DNA from: Promethearchaeota archaeon
GTDB taxonomy: Archaea > Asgardarchaeota > Lokiarchaeia > Sigyniarchaeales > SOKP01
Assembly: GCA_011364975.1 (NCBI GenBank)
Contig: RDOE01000054.1
Location: forward strand, 1 to 21,076
Direction of reading: 5' to 3'
DNA length: 21,076 nt
The translations under genes and the position numbers were made by a program. The notes under the pieces were generated by a model. That model worked only from the letters and a program-made list of their open reading frames with translations. It was not told the DNA's origin and did not search any database. Positions 15,979 through 21,076 of this stretch are shown here, piece by piece (position 1 is the stretch's first letter; each line of letters opens with the position of its first letter).

Positions 15979-17943
15979 TTATAATAATTTAGTCTTCCAT
16001 TCAGTGATACTTTCTCTAATGTGATTAATATCTAATTCACTTAATGTACTTATCTGATTCCTATATTGATTAATTTTACTTCTGATTTTATGTAAAGTGA
16101 CTGAAAATCCTTTCTTTTCTAAAATTAACTCTGAGATTTTGTCTAATTCTTCACTAAATTCTTCTCCCTTCATGTTAGATAATTTTTTTAATAAACTATT
16201 AAAGGCATTATCAATTTCCAAACCTACGGTGTCATCCGATGCAGGGATTATTTTAGATGTAAAGCTAATCTGCTCTTTTAGTTCTTCTGCTAAATTTGGA
16301 ATTATCTCTGAAGGTTCTAAACTCTTTGAAGTGGGCATTTCAACTATTTGTTTCTTAGTTTCGTCCTTTAAACTTTTATTAAGGATATTTTCTTTTATTT
16401 CTGGTTTTTTCGCTCCAGTAAAAGAATTAATAGCTTTTACAGGCTTAAAATCCTTCTGAAATTCGGTTTCTTTAGCCGGAGATGATGTACTAATCGATTT
16501 TGGAGTTTCAAGTAAATCAGTGCTAGCATTATTCCATAAACCCTTAGTTATTGGGTCTAATAATTTAACTAGCGGTAGATAGTTAGTCTCGAATCCAACA
16601 AAATCTTGTAGTGTATTAGAACTAGACTCTTGCATTGTTCCTAAGAGAATATGATGATTATCGTTTATTAGAATAATAATGTTATCATTTAATAATGTTC
16701 GATATTCAAGATTTTTGATTTCTTTATATTTTTTTACTAAACTATTTGTGTGAGCTTCTGAAGAAACAATTTTTACCTTTAGAGTATTAGGTTTCGTTTC
16801 AAAATCCTCAATGTTTAAATGCTCCTCTAATTTTGGAACAACAAGCAACACTTCATTAACAGAATTGGACATTATATTTTTAATAGATTCATTCACTCGT
16901 GATACACTATTAATATTTACTAAATTCTCGAATTGGAGTGTTATTTCTGATGTTATCGCTTTAAAATAATTCTTCATAGCTTTTTCTATAGGGTGGTTTA
17001 AAGCGGTAACAGAATCTACTGAATTTTTAATTATAGCGTCAATGTTCTCCAATATTATCTTTTCAAATTCTTCAAGATCTACTGAAAGACCGTCTTTTTT
17101 ATCTTTCACAATTTCCATAATTTTGTTAACACTATTTTCAAAACCATTAAGCATATTTAGAAGAAGCATTTTAAAGTCATTTCTGAGTTGAAATATTGAG
17201 TTAATTATATTTTTCAAAGATTCTATCGTAGTAGTAAATTCCTTTTCTATTTTGTTGTGCAATTCTCCAATAGAATCTTCCATCATTTTCTCAAATTGAT
17301 CTTGGAACACTTGTTCTATGATATATTTGACTTCACTTTCATACTTTTTCAACTCTAATAATTCAATTTTTTCTATAATTTCCTTCTTGATATTTGTTGT
17401 TAACTTGATTATCATTTTAAAATGAGTTTGAGTTATTGCTTTTATCGATTGATTGAGTTCATTAAATATATTCGTTATCAGGTTAAGATTTTCCATACCA
17501 TATACAATATCATCTATCTCCTGTTTTTGAATCAAAACATCTTCTTGATAATCATTTCTTACTTCATGAGTTTTGTCAAATAATGAATCCAACTCAATGA
17601 TTGTATTTTCACGTAATGCTTTTTCTAAAGAATTTTTCAATAACAACCGTAATTGTTTCTTAATATTATCTAAATTGGCATTAATATTCGCATAATATTT
17701 AGTAATTGGATTAAAAGGTGGTATTGCTAAATATTGAGATAAACCTCCCTTCTTCTGGGGTGGAATTGGAACTAAAAGTCCAATTTCAACCAATTCGTCT
17801 AGGGCTGCTTTAAAATTGTCTGGAGATATATTTGACACTATTGAATATAATTCGAATGATGATAATGGTGTACGCCCTAAACTTTTAAGATACATTTTTA
17901 TAGCGAATTCTGAAAGCTGAATTTGGTTTAGTAATTCCTCCAT
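15979..17943 (-). CDS. TrmB-like wHTH + long coiled coil + PLD-like (TrmB effector) domain + C-terminal helical domain
   Basis: N-terminal LSEFAIKMYL...LDELVEIGLL...YLAIPP; heptad-rich helical region about aa 70-345; IKNIMSNSVNEVLLVVP...VKIVSS...INDNHHILLG...LWNNA resembles the TrmB/PLD-like domain but has no HKD. Confidence 0.65.
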   Translation of the reverse strand: MEELLNQIQLSEFAIKMYLKSLGRTPLSSFELYSIVSNISPDNFKAALDELVEIGLLVPIPPQKKGGLSQYLAIPPFNPITKYYANINANLDNIKKQLRLLLKNSLEKALRENTIIELDSLFDKTHEVRNDYQEDVLIQKQEIDDIVYGMENLNLITNIFNELNQSIKAITQTHFKMIIKLTTNIKKEIIEKIELLELKKYESEVKYIIEQVFQDQFEKMMEDSIGELHNKIEKEFTTTIESLKNIINSIFQLRNDFKMLLLNMLNGFENSVNKIMEIVKDKKDGLSVDLEEFEKIILENIDAIIKNSVDSVTALNHPIEKAMKNYFKAITSEITLQFENLVNINSVSRVNESIKNIMSNSVNEVLLVVPKLEEHLNIEDFETKPNTLKVKIVSSEAHTNSLVKKYKEIKNLEYRTLLNDNIIILINDNHHILLGTMQESSSNTLQDFVGFETNYLPLVKLLDPITKGLWNNASTDLLETPKSISTSSPAKETEFQKDFKPVKAINSFTGAKKPEIKENILNKSLKDETKKQIVEMPTSKSLEPSEIIPNLAEELKEQISFTSKIIPASDDTVGLEIDNAFNSLLKKLSNMKGEEFSEELDKISELILEKKGFSVTLHKIRSKINQYRNQISTLSELDINHIRESITEWKTKLL

Positions 17944-18098
17944 TTTATTCCACCGTGCAAATCTTTAATGATTACTGATTATTCATTTTAAATAATAAGT
18001 AATATAAGTATTTATTTTTTAAATTTTGTATGGTAAAAATATTTAAAGAAAAATAATCTTTAACATAATTATTAGCTGGAGATGTTATAAATCTTAAT

Positions 18099-19496
18099 AT
18101 GAGCCATTTTGAAGATGTGTTTTTTTATTTAGATCTTGCTAAAGATATTTTAAAAAAAAAGGAGTTAAGTAAAGCTATAGAATATTATATCTCTGAAAAA
18201 AATAAGAGTAATATTCAAGGACATTATGGATTTTTACTTTTTCAACAACAAGGGAATCCTATCTTCATCACTGACAAAAAAGACTCGAATATTATCATTA
18301 ACGCAATAGAGGAAAATTGGAAAACTCGTCCGAAGAAGGAATCATTTTTTGAAAATGGATTATTCTATATTTTTTCTTATATTGCTGAAACAGTAAGAAA
18401 AAAGTCACAATTTAATAGAATTATTATTATTACAGACACTCCTAGTGATTTATCTGAAGATTATACGGAAGCGTTATTTGGTTTAGTCTCAAAAATCAAA
18501 ACATTTCCAACTTTTATTGATATTGTAAGAATATCCGAGGGACAACGTTTTTTTACTGATGATGTTAAACTAAATATTTTAGCAAATGACACAAAAGGAG
18601 GAATTTTTTATGTTTCAGATAAAAAAGAATTCTTACCCCTTATAAAAAAATTAGTCAAATCAAAACAATTGATTAGTACCTTCGAGGAGAAACCTGATAA
18701 GATTAAGATAAATAAAGAGGATTACTTCTTTTATTCTCACCTTGCTAAAAAACTAAAACCAATTGGATCAGACGAAGTCGGATTAAGATGTTCTTTATGT
18801 AAAGAAGAGATTTGCCCTGTGTGTATGGAAATAGGAGACAAACCGGTCATTTGCGAAGAATGTAAAACTCCCTTTCATAATTGTTGTATTACAAATTATA
18901 CAATACAATATAATATTGGAATTCCCCACATATTTCGTTGTCCTAAATGTGATATTTTACTACAAATTGAACAAGATGAAATCGTTCAACCATTTAATAG
19001 TGAAGAGCAATCAGTTTATGATTATCTTGAGAAAGAAAGAACCCCAAAATCAATCCCAGTAAGAGATACAGAAAAAATAGAAATAAAGCAGCAAATTAGT
19101 AATGAAACTAGTTTAGATGTTAAAACACCATCTAGAACCACAGAAAATGGCACAAATCTCCAAAAGCCTAACACCATACGAATTGGTGGTTTCTTTGGGA
19201 AAGTTTATACAGTCAGAAAAGACGGAAATAGGTTAATATATGAAAAAACAGATAAATCCTTCACATTTAATGATAATTTAGAAGAAAAGAATGATTTACC
19301 TAAAAATGGCCAACGAATTGTTCAAGAAAATCAAAATGTACCTCAGATATGGAAACCATCGCAGAATAAAAATGAACAAGTGGAAGATAGAGATAAATAC
19401 CTTTTTATTATATGCCCAGAATGTGGTAAACAGGTTAAAAATCAAATTCAAGGTATCAATAAATGTCCAAAATGTGGGTTTAAATTTTCGAATTAA
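18099..19496 (+). CDS. vWA-like domain + Cys/His-rich RING/PHD-like finger + C-terminal zinc ribbon (paralog 1)
   Basis: vWA strands FFYLD, YGFLLF, RIIIITD, FIDIVRI and LANDTKGGIFYV; finger CSLC..CPVC..CEEC..HNCC..H..CPKC; C-terminal CPEC...CPKCG. Confidence 0.75.
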   Translation: MSHFEDVFFYLDLAKDILKKKELSKAIEYYISEKNKSNIQGHYGFLLFQQQGNPIFITDKKDSNIIINAIEENWKTRPKKESFFENGLFYIFSYIAETVRKKSQFNRIIIITDTPSDLSEDYTEALFGLVSKIKTFPTFIDIVRISEGQRFFTDDVKLNILANDTKGGIFYVSDKKEFLPLIKKLVKSKQLISTFEEKPDKIKINKEDYFFYSHLAKKLKPIGSDEVGLRCSLCKEEICPVCMEIGDKPVICEECKTPFHNCCITNYTIQYNIGIPHIFRCPKCDILLQIEQDEIVQPFNSEEQSVYDYLEKERTPKSIPVRDTEKIEIKQQISNETSLDVKTPSRTTENGTNLQKPNTIRIGGFFGKVYTVRKDGNRLIYEKTDKSFTFNDNLEEKNDLPKNGQRIVQENQNVPQIWKPSQNKNEQVEDRDKYLFIICPECGKQVKNQIQGINKCPKCGFKFSN

Positions 19497-19636
19497 ACTA
19501 TTTGTATTCATAGTCTTTTTGATAAAAATAATGTAAGAACAGAAACATCAATAAAAATAAATAAAAATTCTCTTATTATTTTATATAAATTAACTTAACT
19601 TGCATTAAGCGATTTTAATTTTATTTCGGTGTAGGG

Positions 19637-21058
19637 ATGTTTCGAAGATCAACAATTAATTCAGAAGAGTTTATTTTTTATCTTGATTTGGAAGGGGAAT
19701 TTATAAAAAAGAAGAATATAGTTAAAAGTCTACATAATTTCGTTAAAGAAAAAGAAAGATTTAATAGCTCAACAAGTTATGGAGTAGTACTTTTCCAAGC
19801 TGATGATAATCCTATCACTATCTATAATGAGAAAGATGCTGAGGAAATTAGTAACATTGTTAATGAAAAATGGGATACTAGAGAAAAGACCGAGAGTTAT
19901 TTTGAAAATGGGTTATTTGAGGTCTTATCATATATTTTTCTAAAAAGCAGAGAAGCAAGAAAAAATTACAGAGTAATTGTGATTTCAGATACACCTAGTA
20001 ACTTATCAGAAGAATATCATAATGCCTTGTATGATTTACTTTTAAAGGCAAGATATTTTAACACGTTCATTGATATCGTACGACTGGGAGATGATAAATT
20101 CTATGAAGATGATGTTAAACTTAAAGTTATTACAAGTGAAACTCATGGTGGGGTTTTTTATTGTAATGAGCCTCGTTTATTTCAAGATATTTTAATATCG
20201 TTAGTACAAAATAAATCTGAATTCACAGTAATCCAACCTGATGAACAAAACCCGATACTTAAAGAGGATAAAATATTTTACGAGAAATTAGCAGTTGATT
20301 TAATATCATTAGATTCCAATGATGAAGAAGTTTGTGATATCTGTGAAAGAGAAATGTGTCCCATCTGTGAAGCTTACTCTGATGAAGTGCATAAATGTTT
20401 TAATTGTAATGCTAAATACCATGCATGTTGTGCAGCAGAATATTCAATCGCTAATCCTGTCGGATTTAAACATCTATTCAGATGCATTCAATGTGACACT
20501 TTACTAAAATTAGAGGAGGATTTTGTTGAACTTATCTATAAAGAAGAACATGATCAAGATATTGAAGAAATTCAAGAAGAGAAGCCCATACGTGAAATTA
20601 TTAATGAAGACACTTCCCTTGAAGATTTAGAGGAGGAAGAGGAGGAAGAGGAGGAATTCGAGGAATTAAGTAAACAAGAAATTCCTAAGATTGAACCAGA
20701 GGAAATGCAATTAGAAGAAATAAAGATAGATTTACCTAATCTTCGGAAACCACCTAGTTTGAAACTATCATCTCCGACTCCAACACAACAAGAAGAACTC
20801 CTCGAGAAGAAAGTTAAGATAGGGGGATATTTTGGTCAAGAAATAACAGTTAAAACGAAAACTGGTAATAATGTTTCTAGTTTGAATACTCATGAAGCCC
20901 TTATATCCTTAGCAGGCAGCACTAATCAAGTAAAAGAAAAAATCTCTATAACATCTTTAAAACCACCAAAAAAAACAACTATAAAATTATGTAAAATCTG
21001 TGGTACCACTTTAAGTAATATTAACAAATGTCCAATATGTGGTGCTAAGGTGGATTAA
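19637..21058 (+). CDS. vWA-like domain + Cys/His-rich RING/PHD-like finger + acidic linker + C-terminal zinc ribbon (paralog 2)
   Basis: Colinear paralog of 18099-19496 (FENGLF, DTPS.LSE.Y, FIDIVR, DDVKL); finger CDIC..CPIC..CFNC..HACC..H..CIQC; C-terminal CKIC...CPICG. Confidence 0.75.
   Translation: MFRRSTINSEEFIFYLDLEGEFIKKKNIVKSLHNFVKEKERFNSSTSYGVVLFQADDNPITIYNEKDAEEISNIVNEKWDTREKTESYFENGLFEVLSYIFLKSREARKNYRVIVISDTPSNLSEEYHNALYDLLLKARYFNTFIDIVRLGDDKFYEDDVKLKVITSETHGGVFYCNEPRLFQDILISLVQNKSEFTVIQPDEQNPILKEDKIFYEKLAVDLISLDSNDEEVCDICEREMCPICEAYSDEVHKCFNCNAKYHACCAAEYSIANPVGFKHLFRCIQCDTLLKLEEDFVELIYKEEHDQDIEEIQEEKPIREIINEDTSLEDLEEEEEEEEEFEELSKQEIPKIEPEEMQLEEIKIDLPNLRKPPSLKLSSPTPTQQEELLEKKVKIGGYFGQEITVKTKTGNNVSSLNTHEALISLAGSTNQVKEKISITSLKPPKKTTIKLCKICGTTLSNINKCPICGAKVD
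20630..20656 (+). repeat. Perfect tandem repeat (GAGGAGGAA)x3 encoding poly-Glu
   Basis: Read directly from the sequence; in frame, encoding E9. Confidence 0.9.
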
Positions 21059-21076
21059 TTAGAAAAATCTCTAATG

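Noticed and set aside
16097-16459. 120-aa plus-strand ORF
   Set aside because: Antisense to the TrmB-like gene; S/F/L-rich composition typical of a shadow frame.
18043-18063. TTAAAGA-N7-TCTTTAA dyad in the divergent promoter
   Set aside because: Short and almost all A/T; not distinguishable from background by eye.
18152-18160. A9 tract as a phase-variation or frameshift site
   Set aside because: The frame is intact, and A runs are common in this AT-rich, Lys-rich genome.
19291-20507. ORFs 19291-19536, 19296-19511 and 20319-20507
   Set aside because: Alternative-frame or antisense overlaps of the vWA-finger genes with no motifs.
1-21076. CRISPR array, tRNA/rRNA, IS element or provirus
   Set aside because: No regularly spaced repeats, no GC-rich structured RNA segments, and no transposase, integrase or viral hallmark genes seen.

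Overview
AT-rich, gene-dense archaeal window that looks like an Asgard archaeon, most likely Lokiarchaeia. This is inferred from a Rab-like GTPase without a prenylation tail, a one-domain gelsolin, many zinc-ribbon proteins and an HdrA-MvhD fusion. The left half is mostly metabolic or housekeeping: a truncated MBL-fold hydrolase missing from the ORF track, a Rab-like GTPase, an orphan N6-adenine methyltransferase, a YkgJ-type Cys-cluster protein, HdrA-MvhD, DUF711, two ArsR-like wHTH paralogs and a bacterial-type FbaB. The right half holds two candidate undescribed systems. (1) A putative membrane-lipid/actin locus at 10252-15966: HEAT protein, gelsolin, three LURP-one/Tubby-C/scramblase-fold paralogs, a GRAM/PH-like protein and a PssA-type serine phospholipid synthase; four of these carry the same zinc ribbon. 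(2) A tandem pair of vWA + 12-ligand RING/PHD-like + zinc-ribbon proteins, reminiscent of TFIIH p44/p34 or a vWA-RING E3 ligase, divergent from a TrmB-wHTH/coiled-coil/PLD-fold protein. I saw no rRNA, tRNA, CRISPR array or transposase. All family calls come from motif recognition by eye; no searches were run.
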